Source: an uncultured delta proteobacterium (GTDB taxonomy: Bacteria > Myxococcota_A > UBA9160 > SMWR01). From it: a stretch of 64,000 bases of DNA. Made by a program: the position numbers and the translations under genes. Shown here one piece after another: positions 28,002 to 37,506 of this stretch. Position 1 is the stretch's first letter. Every line of letters begins with the position of its first letter. Under the pieces are notes generated by a model that saw nothing but the letters and a program-made list of their open reading frames with translations, did not search any database and had not been told where the DNA came from. The stretch spans positions 96,001 to 160,000 of the forward strand of contig CAWHTE010000005.1 of assembly GCA_963832165.1 (NCBI GenBank), in the 5' to 3' direction.

Positions 28002-29275
28002 CACGCCGCCTTGCGCGCGAGGTCGGCCGGCAGCGCGCGCGCGGCGAGCAGGAAATGTACGGCCCCCCAGATCCCCATCACGAGCAGCACGCAGAGCAGC
28101 GAGTAACGCACCGCCTCGTCGCCGTGCGCCGCGAACACGTAGTCGTTCAGCAAGCCGATGCTCTGCGGGCCCAGCGCGAGCCCGATGATGTTCGTCACGA
28201 ACATCAGGATCCCCGCCGCCACCGCGCGCATGCGCACGGGCGCGAGCGTCTGCACCGCCGAGAACACGGGACCCTGGTACATCGCGGCGATCACCACGCC
28301 CGGGAACGCTAGCAGCAGCGCGAGGTTCGGATCGTCCATGAGCAGGAACGTGAGCGTGAACGGCAGCGGCCCCGCGCACGCGATCGCAGGCACCCACATC
28401 CACCAGCGCACGTCGCGCCGCCCGAGCCGGTCGGCGATCACGCCGGCTAGCACCGAGCCGATCGCGCCGCCCACGCCGAGACCGAGGCCGATCTTCGTGC
28501 CGAGCTCGCCGCCGGTCATGTCGTGCACGAGGCGCAGGAAGCTCGGCGCCCAGACCACAAACGCATAACCTGAGAACGCCGTGAATCCGATGCCGAGCGA
28601 GAGATGGATGAACGAGCGCCGCGTCGCGAGAAACCTCACCACCTCGCCGACTTTCGGCGCTTCGCCCGTCACCGGCACCGCCTCCTGCGCGCCGCGCAAC
28701 GGCTCGCGGACCGTGAAGCGCACGATCAGCGCGAGCACGAGACCGGGCAGCCCAACCACCATGAACGCCGCGCGCCAGCCCCAGAGCTCCTCGATCCAGC
28801 CGCCGACGACCAGGCCCACGAGCACGCCGATGTGGATACCCATGGAGTAGACGCCGAGCGCAGTGGCTCGCTTCTGCACGGGGAAATAATCAGCCAGGAG
28901 CGAGTGAGCGGGTGGCGAGAGCGCGGCCTCGCCGACGCCCACGCCGATCCGCGCCAGCGCCAGCTGCGTGAAGCTCTGCGAGAGGCCCGAGACCGCAGTC
29001 ATCCCGCTCCAGAGCGTCAGCCCGATCGCGATCACCGAGCGACGGATCCAGACGTCCGCAAGCCGCGCGATCGGGATGCCCAGGACCGCGTAGAAGATCG
29101 CGAACGCGGGCCCGGCCAGGAAACCCATCATCGAGTCGGAGGCGCCGAGCTCCTCCTTGATCGGCACCAGCAGGATCGAAATGATCTGGCGGTCGACGAA
29201 ATTGATCACGTACGCGAGGAACAGGATCGCGAGCACGTAGTTCGCATATCCGGGCCGCGTAGAACCGGCTTGCAC
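28001..29275 (-). CDS. MFS transporter (spinster-like)
   Basis: INFVDRQIISIL, GIPIARLAD, ARIGVGVGEA, WGWRAAF; about 12 TM. Confidence 0.92.
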   Translation of the reverse strand: MQAGSTRPGYANYVLAILFLAYVINFVDRQIISILLVPIKEELGASDSMMGFLAGPAFAIFYAVLGIPIARLADVWIRRSVIAIGLTLWSGMTAVSGLSQSFTQLALARIGVGVGEAALSPPAHSLLADYFPVQKRATALGVYSMGIHIGVLVGLVVGGWIEELWGWRAAFMVVGLPGLVLALIVRFTVREPLRGAQEAVPVTGEAPKVGEVVRFLATRRSFIHLSLGIGFTAFSGYAFVVWAPSFLRLVHDMTGGELGTKIGLGLGVGGAIGSVLAGVIADRLGRRDVRWWMWVPAIACAGPLPFTLTFLLMDDPNLALLLAFPGVVIAAMYQGPVFSAVQTLAPVRMRAVAAGILMFVTNIIGLALGPQSIGLLNDYVFAAHGDEAVRYSLLCVLLVMGIWGAVHFLLAARALPADLARKAA

Positions 29276-29338
29276 GGGGCCAGCCTACCAGAAAGCCCAC
29301 CACAACCGGGGGGCATCGCGGGCTACGCTCGCGCTCGC

Positions 29339-30925
29339 GTGGAACGAACCGAGGCGTCGCGACCGAGTTCCTGGGCGTGGCCGGTCGCCGCGTTCGTGCT
29401 GGCGGGTCTCGCCTACGCACCGCTGTGGCGTCCGAGCCTGTTCGTGCCCTCCCGCCTCGGTTTGGATGCGGCATTCGATGCGGCGCTGTTTCGCCCCGCC
29501 CCGATGCCCGCCCTGCTCGTGCTCGCGATCGCGGGCTGGCTCGCGTGGCGTCGGCGCGGGCGTCTGTGTGCACTGCCGGCGCACCGCAGCACCGGGCTTG
29601 CCGCAGCCGGGTTCGCCATATCCGCAGCCGTCGCCGCGTGGGCTGCGCTCACTCAATCGGCCGACCTCCTGTTCGGATCGGCCGCGGCACTCGTGCTCGC
29701 CTTCGGAGCCGCGGCGCGCGGGCGCGCGGGCTCCCGCGTGCTGCTCGCTCCCTCGCTCACGTTGCTGCTCGGGCTCGCGATCCCCGAACCGCTCGAAGCT
29801 GCGCTGGTCTGGCAGCTGCAGCGCTGGGCCACACAGCACGCCACCGATCTCCTGCAGATCATCGGACGCACCGCCGAATATGCGGGCGTGATCATCGCGT
29901 CGGGCGGTCACGAGTTCCAGGTGATCGATGGCTGCAGCGGGCTGCGCGGAATCCTGATCCTCACGCTCGTCGCGTTGATCGTGCGCGAGCTCTTCGCGCG
30001 TGCGGGCGCGCGCGAATGGCTGCTGCTCGCGATCGCGCCGCTGCTCGGCCACGCGCTCAATCTCGTGCGGATCGCCTGGGTCGCCACGAGCGATCACCCC
30101 GAAGAGCTCGCGGGATTCGCCGGCGATCACACGCCGCAGGGGCTCGCGGTGCTAGGCGCCGGAACCCTGATCTTGTACGCGACTGGCGCTGCACTCGCGC
30201 GGAGCCACATCGCAGAAATCGGGCAGATCGGACAAATGACGCACGTGCGCGCAGCGCCGAGCGTCCCGACGTCGGGCGCCGGCACACTGCCGTGGCGGGC
30301 CACAGCCATCGCGCTCGCCGCCCTCTGGGCGATCGCTTTCGCTGTACCGCCGTTCCCGGCCGCCGCGACCCATGCCGACCTCGCCTTCCCCGACGCGGGC
30401 GCGGGCTGGCAGAGCGAGGCGGTCGCCGCTGACCCGATGTTCATCGGAACGCTGCTGCCGGGGCAGTCCGTGCATCGGCGCTATCAGAAACCCGGCCAGG
30501 ATGGGCGCGTCCGCGTCGTCGAGCTGTTCGTCGCTACGGAGGTTCCGGACCTGCCGGAGCTGCACACGGGTCACCTCTTCACGTCGAAGCTCGCATGGCC
30601 CGGGGCACCGTGGTGGCTCAAAGAGCTCCGCCGCACTTCGCTCGATCCGCTCGGCCGCGACGTCTGGCTGTCGCAGGCGGCCTTCGGTCTCGGCCCCCAG
30701 CACGCGCTCGTCTACGTCTGGCTCCCCCGCGACGAGGGGCTCGCGCGCGAGTCGCTGCGCGCACTCTTTGCGCTCGACTCGAGTCCGTGGCGGCGCGTTC
30801 GACCGCGCGCGGTCGTACAGCTCATAGCTCCCACGCCCCAGGGCGGCCCCGTCGCCTACGACATCGCCAAGCGCACGCTCGACGCGTTCGTCTCCGACTT
30901 CCGCGACTCGCTCGCGGCGCTGTAA
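29339..30925 (+). CDS. Exosortase (EpsH-like) fused to C-terminal EpsI-like domain, copy 1
   Basis: Multi-TM protein with Cys-Arg-His triad motifs VIDGCSGLRG, LNLVRI, GDHTPQG; soluble C-terminal domain. GTG start inferred. Confidence 0.85.
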   Translation: MERTEASRPSSWAWPVAAFVLAGLAYAPLWRPSLFVPSRLGLDAAFDAALFRPAPMPALLVLAIAGWLAWRRRGRLCALPAHRSTGLAAAGFAISAAVAAWAALTQSADLLFGSAAALVLAFGAAARGRAGSRVLLAPSLTLLLGLAIPEPLEAALVWQLQRWATQHATDLLQIIGRTAEYAGVIIASGGHEFQVIDGCSGLRGILILTLVALIVRELFARAGAREWLLLAIAPLLGHALNLVRIAWVATSDHPEELAGFAGDHTPQGLAVLGAGTLILYATGAALARSHIAEIGQIGQMTHVRAAPSVPTSGAGTLPWRATAIALAALWAIAFAVPPFPAAATHADLAFPDAGAGWQSEAVAADPMFIGTLLPGQSVHRRYQKPGQDGRVRVVELFVATEVPDLPELHTGHLFTSKLAWPGAPWWLKELRRTSLDPLGRDVWLSQAAFGLGPQHALVYVWLPRDEGLARESLRALFALDSSPWRRVRPRAVVQLIAPTPQGGPVAYDIAKRTLDAFVSDFRDSLAAL

Positions 30926-30952
30926 GATCGCCCCCCGCCGTCGAGGTCGCGA

Positions 30953-32152
30953 ATGTCGAAGTGGAACATCGCAATACTCGGGGTCGTCGCGGCCGTAGCC
31001 GGCTTCGCGCTCGGTCGCGGCACCGCCACCCACTCGAGCGACTCGAGCGGAACCGCGCCGAGCGGATCTGGGGCACCGGTCTCCGCCGAGCAGGTGCGCA
31101 CCGAGCTCGCTGCGATGGTGCGCGAGCCCGCCACGCTCGCGAACGCACAGCGGCTCGCGAACCGCCTCGCAGAGCTCGGGCCTGCAGCGGTGCCCGCGAT
31201 CCAGCCCACGCTGCGCGATCCGAGCGAGAACATCGATTCCGCACGCGCGCTGCTGCTGATCCAGTTCTGGGTCGATCGCGATCCCAAGAGTGCAGCGGAT
31301 TGGGCCGTGGCCAATGCGCCGTTCCTCTACAAATCGCTCGCGCTCCGACTCGCTATCGAGCGGCTCGCGGAATCGGATCCGCAAGCCGCGCGCCGCCTCG
31401 CGGGCAGCGACAGTCAGCTGCTGAAGCCGCTCGTAAAGGGATGGGTGCGGTCCGGTCAGCCCGGTCTCGAGGATTGGATCCGCGGCTTCGGAGTCCGGTT
31501 CGATCGTCAGAAGGCACTCGGTGCGTACGCGCGTGAGATGATCCGGCGCGAGGGCGTGCCGGCGGTCGCCGCCTGGGCCGACGCGCTGCCCGACTCCGAT
31601 GACGGGTTCAAGCTCGACGCGATCCGGCGCGTGGCCACCGAGCTCACCTACGCCGATCCCGAGGCGGGCGCTGCGTGGTACGAGAAGCACCGCAGCGGAC
31701 CCTATGGCGCGGACCTGCTGCTCGCCGTTGGCAACGCGTGGGTGGCCGTGGACGGTCCCGCAGCCATGCGCTGGCTCTCCGAGCGCGAGCCGGGCCCGGA
31801 GCGCAACGGCGCGGTGCTCGACGCGGTGCGCTCATGGGGGATGAGCGACTTGAACGACCTCACTCGCTGGACTCCCGCGCAGAAGGGCGAGCCGGTTCCG
31901 TCGTGGTTCCAGCCGGGTCTCCCGATCTACGCCAAGCTCATCGGAGCCAAGCAGCCCGCCGAGGGAATGGCATGGGCGGAGCGGATCGAGGATCCCTCCA
32001 CGCGCACGCTCACGACGGTGCAGGTTGCGCGCCGCTGGCTCCGGCTCGACAAGCCCGCTGCCGAGGCATGGCTCGAGCAGTCGCCGCTCTCCGAGGCCGA
32101 CCGCGCCCGCGCGAGGACGCCGCTCACTCCTGGCGCGAAGCCAGCGCCCTAG
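30953..32152 (+). CDS. Membrane-anchored/exported alpha-helical repeat protein (W-x3-DP-x-AA-x2-W repeats), paralog 1
   Basis: N-terminal hydrophobic anchor; repeats WVDRDPKSAADW, YADPEAGAAW, WVAVDGPAAMRW, WLRLDKPAAEAW; aligns by eye to 33493..34740 and 59535..60784. Confidence 0.8.
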   Translation: MSKWNIAILGVVAAVAGFALGRGTATHSSDSSGTAPSGSGAPVSAEQVRTELAAMVREPATLANAQRLANRLAELGPAAVPAIQPTLRDPSENIDSARALLLIQFWVDRDPKSAADWAVANAPFLYKSLALRLAIERLAESDPQAARRLAGSDSQLLKPLVKGWVRSGQPGLEDWIRGFGVRFDRQKALGAYAREMIRREGVPAVAAWADALPDSDDGFKLDAIRRVATELTYADPEAGAAWYEKHRSGPYGADLLLAVGNAWVAVDGPAAMRWLSEREPGPERNGAVLDAVRSWGMSDLNDLTRWTPAQKGEPVPSWFQPGLPIYAKLIGAKQPAEGMAWAERIEDPSTRTLTTVQVARRWLRLDKPAAEAWLEQSPLSEADRARARTPLTPGAKPAP

Positions 32153-33344
32153 CCCGCCGCGTCACCAACCGGTGACACAACGCGAGCACGGCCAACGCCA
32201 CCACGGCGCCCGCAACTGCACCAGGCTCCGGAATGTCGAAGAACAGGAAGGCGCGGTTCGCGTTCGCTCCCGTCAGCGAGCGCACGCCGATCGCCCCCGC
32301 AACGAGCGCGAGCCGACCCGCGCCCTTCGCGGTGCGCTTGTCGTAGCCGGCGATCATGTACGACTCGTACGACGCCCCGGTATCGACCTTCACCGTCAGC
32401 TTGCCCTGCGTGAGCGGCCCGCCGAACGTGGCGGTGGTGCGGTTCGAGAGGGCCTTGTCCCCACCGAGGGTGCCGATGAACGTGACGATCCCGCAGCTGT
32501 TGAAGAACACGGGTGCCTTGACCGGCCCCTTCCCGACGTTGCGTTGGAAGTAGGCGCCGAACCCCATGCCCTGCTGGCCGCCCATCGACGGCGCATAGCC
32601 CTCGACGAAGAATGCGCCGCCGCCCGGTGCGCCGATCGCGGCGTCGAAGTGCCCGCCGAGCTTTCCGCTTCCGGGCCCGCCGAGCATCTTGCCGACGCGC
32701 GTGTACTTCATGAAGCCCGGAATGATCTTCACCGTGTAATTCGGTCCCGGGCAGCCCGGCGCATTCGTTGCCGACACGGTGCCGCAGGTGTGGATGATCA
32801 CCGACGCGTGATTGTCTGGGACGCTGCATCCTGGATTCAGGCCCAACTCCACGGTGGCCGTATAGCCCGGGCACCACGAGACCGTGTTGGGGCCGGTGCG
32901 GCCCTTCGCACCACCGGGCGGTGCGGGAATGTTTCCGCCCGAATGGGGCTGGAGCGGAGCTCCGCCCGGGCCCGGGAAGTAGAGCTTGACGTTGGTGTAG
33001 ACCTGCAGCGCGAGTGGGTTCTGTGTCATCACGCCCTGCACCTTGCCGCTGTACGGATTGCCCGGACCGCGCAGCGTGAACTGGCTCGGCGGCAGCTTGA
33101 TCGCGCCGTTCGCATAGGTCGTGATCCTGGCGTTCTTGACCGCCTTGACGCCCTTGATGCCGCCCTTCGGCAGACACGCTGCATCCATCGGCGTGCCCTT
33201 GGGTCGGATCGGAATCGGGAGGCCGCTGCCGATGTAGAACTGGAGCTGCCCCGAGACCGGCCGCTTCACCTGCGCGGCTGCCGGATCAGCCCCGACCAGC
33301 GACACGAGTGCGCAGACTAATAGACTCGAGGTTCTCCCTGTCAT
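32124..33344 (-). CDS. PEP-CTERM sorting-domain surface protein, cargo 1
   Basis: Signal peptide; C-terminus FDIPEPGAVAGAVVALAVLALCHRLVTRRAR (PEP, TM helix, basic tail). Confidence 0.85.
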   Translation of the reverse strand: MTGRTSSLLVCALVSLVGADPAAAQVKRPVSGQLQFYIGSGLPIPIRPKGTPMDAACLPKGGIKGVKAVKNARITTYANGAIKLPPSQFTLRGPGNPYSGKVQGVMTQNPLALQVYTNVKLYFPGPGGAPLQPHSGGNIPAPPGGAKGRTGPNTVSWCPGYTATVELGLNPGCSVPDNHASVIIHTCGTVSATNAPGCPGPNYTVKIIPGFMKYTRVGKMLGGPGSGKLGGHFDAAIGAPGGGAFFVEGYAPSMGGQQGMGFGAYFQRNVGKGPVKAPVFFNSCGIVTFIGTLGGDKALSNRTTATFGGPLTQGKLTVKVDTGASYESYMIAGYDKRTAKGAGRLALVAGAIGVRSLTGANANRAFLFFDIPEPGAVAGAVVALAVLALCHRLVTRRARALASRQE

Positions 33345-33492
33345 GGCGCGTACCTCCGCAGCTCCACCGTACCGCTGCTCGGCGTCGGCAGCCGCACTCG
33401 CTCCGAGGTTCAGGGGCTCACGTTCCGCTTCGCGTGGCTCGGCGACGCAGAGTGAATCCGCGCTAGTCTCGGCCGCCTCGCGAGGTGAAGCC

Positions 33493-34740
33493 GTGTCGAA
33501 CGAGAATCGATTCTCCCTTGCCGCCGTGCTAGCTTCGGCCGGCGTCGGCGCCGTCCTCGGTGCCGGGCTCGTTCATGCGATCGCAGGCCGCAGCACCCCC
33601 ACCGCATCCGAGCCGAGTGCCGCACCGGCGCAGAGCGCCGAAGAGGCGGGCCGCGCGATCGCGGAGGTACTGCGCGCGCCCGCGTCGACCGAGAGCGCAG
33701 CGGAGCTCGCACAATTGCTGACTCGGCTCGGCCCCGAAGCGGTCGGCGCGATCGCACCGATCATCCTGGATCCCAGCGAGACGCTCGACGCGCCGCGCGC
33801 GATGCTGCTGACCCAGTTCTGGGCCGACCGCGATCCGTTGGGCGCCGCCAAGTGGGCCACCACGCTCGCGCCTGCGGCCTACCGCCCATCCATGCTCGAT
33901 GTCGCGGTCGGCAAGCTCGCCGAGACCGATCCGCAGCAGGCGGGTCCATTCGTGGGCGGGATCTCGGGACCGAACACGAACCTGATCAAGCCGTTCGTGC
34001 ACGGCTGGGTGCTGTCCGAAAAGCCCGGGGTCGAGGACTGGGTGCTCAACCTCGGCTACGGCTTCAAGCGCCAGAAGGCGCTCGGTGCGCTGATGCGCGC
34101 GAGGATCGCCAAGGATGGCGCGCCGGCCGCGATCGCGTGGTGGGAGTCGCTGCCGGAATCGGAAGACAACTTCAAGCTCGAGGCGTTCCACCGCCTGACC
34201 ACCGAGCTCGCGTACGCCGACCCCGACGCGGGCGTCGCGTGGTACGAGCGGCACCGCGAAGGGCCCTATGCGGACGGTCTCATGGCGCGCGTGGCGCGGG
34301 CTTGGGTCGCCGTCGATGGACCGGCGGTGATGCGCTGGCTGTCCGAGCAGCCCGCGGGCCCGGAACGCGACGGTGCCGTGGTCGATACGACGCGCAGCTG
34401 GGGCTCCGCCGACCTCGCCGCGGTCCGACGCTGGATGCCCAGCGCCGACCGGATCGAGGACTGGTTCCAGCCCGGCTTGCCGCTCTTCGCGCGGCAGATC
34501 GCGTTCGACGAACCGCTCGAGGGGATCCGCTTTGCGGAGCGGATCACCGACGAGGAGCGCCGTCGTACCACGATCGTCCAGATCGCGCGCCAGTGGCGCA
34601 TGCGCGATGCGGCCGCGGCCGAGGCGTGGATCGCGCAGTCGCCGCTCTCGGAAGAAGATCGCGAGCGCGTGGTCCAGGTCACCGCCCCGCGCAATACGCC
34701 AAGGCGCGAGATCGAGCCCGAGCCCGATCCCGCTTCTTGA
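33493..34740 (+). CDS. Alpha-helical repeat protein, paralog 2
   Basis: GAGGTG RBS before GTG 33493; shares RQKALGA, FKL(D/E)A, TELxYADP, WVAVDGPAxMRWLSE and WFQPGLP with paralog 1. Confidence 0.8.
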   Translation: MSNENRFSLAAVLASAGVGAVLGAGLVHAIAGRSTPTASEPSAAPAQSAEEAGRAIAEVLRAPASTESAAELAQLLTRLGPEAVGAIAPIILDPSETLDAPRAMLLTQFWADRDPLGAAKWATTLAPAAYRPSMLDVAVGKLAETDPQQAGPFVGGISGPNTNLIKPFVHGWVLSEKPGVEDWVLNLGYGFKRQKALGALMRARIAKDGAPAAIAWWESLPESEDNFKLEAFHRLTTELAYADPDAGVAWYERHREGPYADGLMARVARAWVAVDGPAVMRWLSEQPAGPERDGAVVDTTRSWGSADLAAVRRWMPSADRIEDWFQPGLPLFARQIAFDEPLEGIRFAERITDEERRRTTIVQIARQWRMRDAAAAEAWIAQSPLSEEDRERVVQVTAPRNTPRREIEPEPDPAS

Positions 34741-34765
34741 CGACCTCAGTCCGTCCCGATCGCGA

Positions 34766-36061
34766 CTACCGCCGGCGATTCATCCCGCGGTGACACGCAA
34801 CCAGCACGAGCAGCGCCACCGCCGCGCCCGCAACCGCGGTCGGCTCCGGGACGTTGAAGTTGAGCACGCCGTGGTTCGCGTTCGTTCCCGTGAGCGAGCG
34901 GACCGAGATCGACCCGGTCACGAACTGCACCTTGCCGGCGCCCTTGCGGCCGAGCGGCGTGACGCCGCGCTTGTCGTAGCCCGTGATCGCGTACGTCTCG
35001 TTGTCGCCCTTGCCGGTCGCCACCTTGATCGAGAGCATGCCCTGCGTGACTGGGCCACCCCAGCTGCCGGTGAGGCGGTTCTCGGCGACTTTCAGACCCT
35101 GCTGAGCGCCGAGCTTGGACACCAGGCCACACGCATCGGCCATGACGGTCAGGAACAGCGGCCCCTTGCCCGCGTTATTCTGGAACACCTGCCCGAACGA
35201 GCCACCGATCGCGGGATCGGCCTTGTTGCTGATCGGGATGTGGAACGCACCGAGCGGGCTCGCGCCAATGATGATGCTGGCTTTGCCTTGGAGGCTCCCG
35301 TTGGCGGGCCCGCCGAGCATCTTGCCCGTGCGCGTGTACTTCATGTAGCCGTTCACGGCTCTCGTCATGTAGCCCGTACCCGGGCACGGATTCGGCGACG
35401 AGTAGCAGCTGTGCAGCCGGACCTGGTTGCCCTGGGTCTTCGCACATCCGGGATTGATTCCGCTGATCACCGCCGCGGTGGAGCCCGGACACCAGGAGAT
35501 CTGGTCCGGACCGGTGCGGCCGCTCATGCCGCCGTACTTGCGCGCCTTCGCGGGCGGTGCGCCCGCAGCGTGCGGATAGAGGCCCCGCGTCGGGGTCATC
35601 GTCATCGACGGGAACGGCACCTGGATCTGGACGTTCGTCATGACCTGGAGCGCGATCGGGTTCTGCGACATCACCCCGATGATCTGTGGTGCATAGGCCT
35701 TCCCGGCGGGCCCGCGCAGCGTGAACGCACTGGTCGGGAGGCGCACCCGGCCCGTCTCGAACGACGTCGCGAGCGCGCCGGGCTTCGGATTGATGCCCTT
35801 GATACCCCCCAAGGGCTGCATCGTCATCGTGATCGCGCGGCCGTCCGGCTTGATGCACGGATTCACGACGGCAGCGCCCATCGCGGTCCACTTCGTGCGC
35901 TCTTGGATCGGAACCTGGAGCTCGCCACCGATCTGGAAGCGCAGATTGCTACCCGAGATCGGCCGCTTCACGGGCGTCAGGGCCTGCGCGCCGCTCGCGG
36001 CGATCGCGCAGCATAACACCAACCATGCGATCTGGAACGCGCGGGCGCACCCTGCTGGCAC
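34766..36061 (-). CDS. PEP-CTERM surface protein, cargo 2
   Basis: Signal peptide; C-terminus NFNVPEPTAVAGAAVALLVLVACHRGMNRRR. Confidence 0.88.
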   Translation of the reverse strand: MPAGCARAFQIAWLVLCCAIAASGAQALTPVKRPISGSNLRFQIGGELQVPIQERTKWTAMGAAVVNPCIKPDGRAITMTMQPLGGIKGINPKPGALATSFETGRVRLPTSAFTLRGPAGKAYAPQIIGVMSQNPIALQVMTNVQIQVPFPSMTMTPTRGLYPHAAGAPPAKARKYGGMSGRTGPDQISWCPGSTAAVISGINPGCAKTQGNQVRLHSCYSSPNPCPGTGYMTRAVNGYMKYTRTGKMLGGPANGSLQGKASIIIGASPLGAFHIPISNKADPAIGGSFGQVFQNNAGKGPLFLTVMADACGLVSKLGAQQGLKVAENRLTGSWGGPVTQGMLSIKVATGKGDNETYAITGYDKRGVTPLGRKGAGKVQFVTGSISVRSLTGTNANHGVLNFNVPEPTAVAGAAVALLVLVACHRGMNRRR

Positions 36062-36390
36062 GGCAGACTCCCTCGTCGACCGCAGTAGATCGCGCTTCGT
36101 CTCCTTGCGACTACCGCCGGCGATTCATCCCCCGGTGACACGCAACCAGCACGAGCAGCGCCACCGCCGCGCCCGCAACCGCCGTCGGCTCCGGGACGTT
36201 GAAGTTGAGCACGCCATGGTTCGCGTTCGTTCCCGTGAGGGATCGGATCGAGATCGAGCCGGTCACGAACTGCACCTTGCCGGCGCCCTTGCGGCCGAGC
36301 GGCGTGACGCCGCGCTTGTCGTAGCCCGTGACGATGTACGTCTCGTTGTCGCCCTTGCCGGTCGCGACCTTGACCGTGAGCATGCCCTGC
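34766..36390. repeat. Near-identical direct repeat of the 3' ~270 nt of cargo 2 (34766-35044) and cargo 3 (36111-36389)
   Basis: Both begin ctaccgccggcgattcatccc...gtgacacgcaaccagcacgagcagcgccaccgccgcgcccgcaaccgc and share long identical runs such as cacgaactgcaccttgccggcgcccttgcggccgagcggcgtgacgccgcgcttgtcgtagcccgtga. Confidence 0.9.
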
Positions 36391-37415
36391 GTGCCCGGGA
36401 TGCCAAAGCTCCCGCTGGAGCGGTTCGAGGCGACCTTCAGGCCCAGCGGCCCGGAGACTTTGTTGATTAGGCCGCACGCATTGGCACTGACGAACGCGAA
36501 CCCAGGGCCCTTGCCCGGATTCTGCTGGAAGATCTGTCCGAACGAGCCGCCGAACGCCGGATCGACGTTGATGTCGAGCGGGACTATGAACGCGCCAGCC
36601 GGGCTCGCGCCAATGACCGCGTTGGCTTTACCGTTGAGCCTCCCGTTCGCGGGCCCGCCGAGCATCTTGCCCGTGCGCGTGTACCTCGCGAAGCCATTGA
36701 CCGGCCTCGTCATGTAGCCCGTACCCGGGCACGGATTCGGCGACGTGTAGCAGCTATGCAGCCGGACCTGATTGCCCTGCGTCTTCGCACATCCGGGATT
36801 GATCCCGCTGATCACCTCGGCGGTGGAGCCCGGACACCAGGAGAGCAGGTCTGGACCGGTGCGGCCGCTCATTCCGCCGTATCTACGCGCCTTCGCCGGC
36901 GGAGCGCCGGTCAGGTGCGGGTATACGCCGCGCGTCGGGGTCATCGTCATCGACGGAAATGGCACCCGGATCTGGAAGTTGGTCGCGACCTGGAACGCGA
37001 CCGGGTTCTGTGCTTTCACCCCGATCACCTGGGTCGCATAGGCCTTCCCAGCCCCCGCGCGCAGCGTGAATGCGCTGGTGGGGATGCGCACCCGGCCGGT
37101 GGCGAACGACGTCGCGACCGCGCCGGGCTTGGGATTCACGCCCTTGACGCCGCCGAGCGGCGACATCGTCATCGTGGGCACGCGGCCGTCCGGCTTGACG
37201 CACGGGTTCACGACGGGAGCGCCCATCGGTGTCCACTTCGTGCGCTCCTGGATCGGAATCTGGAGCTCACCGCCAATCTGGAAGCGCAGATTGCTCCCGG
37301 AGATCGGCCGCTTGACCGCCCCCGCCTGCGCGTGCGCGGCACTCGCAGCGATTAAGCTGATACCAACTAACATGAAGAAACCGAGCCGAGCCTTGTGGGC
37401 GCACCCTGCCATCAT
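36111..37415 (-). CDS. PEP-CTERM surface protein, cargo 3 (tandem duplicate of cargo 2)
   Basis: AAGGAGGAG RBS before ATG 37415; signal peptide; C-terminal sorting signal identical to cargo 2. Confidence 0.9.
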   Translation of the reverse strand: MMAGCAHKARLGFFMLVGISLIAASAAHAQAGAVKRPISGSNLRFQIGGELQIPIQERTKWTPMGAPVVNPCVKPDGRVPTMTMSPLGGVKGVNPKPGAVATSFATGRVRIPTSAFTLRAGAGKAYATQVIGVKAQNPVAFQVATNFQIRVPFPSMTMTPTRGVYPHLTGAPPAKARRYGGMSGRTGPDLLSWCPGSTAEVISGINPGCAKTQGNQVRLHSCYTSPNPCPGTGYMTRPVNGFARYTRTGKMLGGPANGRLNGKANAVIGASPAGAFIVPLDINVDPAFGGSFGQIFQQNPGKGPGFAFVSANACGLINKVSGPLGLKVASNRSSGSFGIPGTQGMLTVKVATGKGDNETYIVTGYDKRGVTPLGRKGAGKVQFVTGSISIRSLTGTNANHGVLNFNVPEPTAVAGAAVALLVLVACHRGMNRRR

Positions 37416-37506
37416 GGCGGACTCCTCCTTCGCGTGAATCGCGTAGAGTCGCACTGTAACAGGAGTTGTGTAGGGTCTGGTAGCGCTAAGTGGTTAGCGT
37501 TACTAA

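Noticed and set aside
34766..37415. Diversity-generating retroelement template/variable repeat pair
   Set aside because: Both repeats are ends of full paralogous genes, differences are not adenine-specific, and no reverse transcriptase is present.
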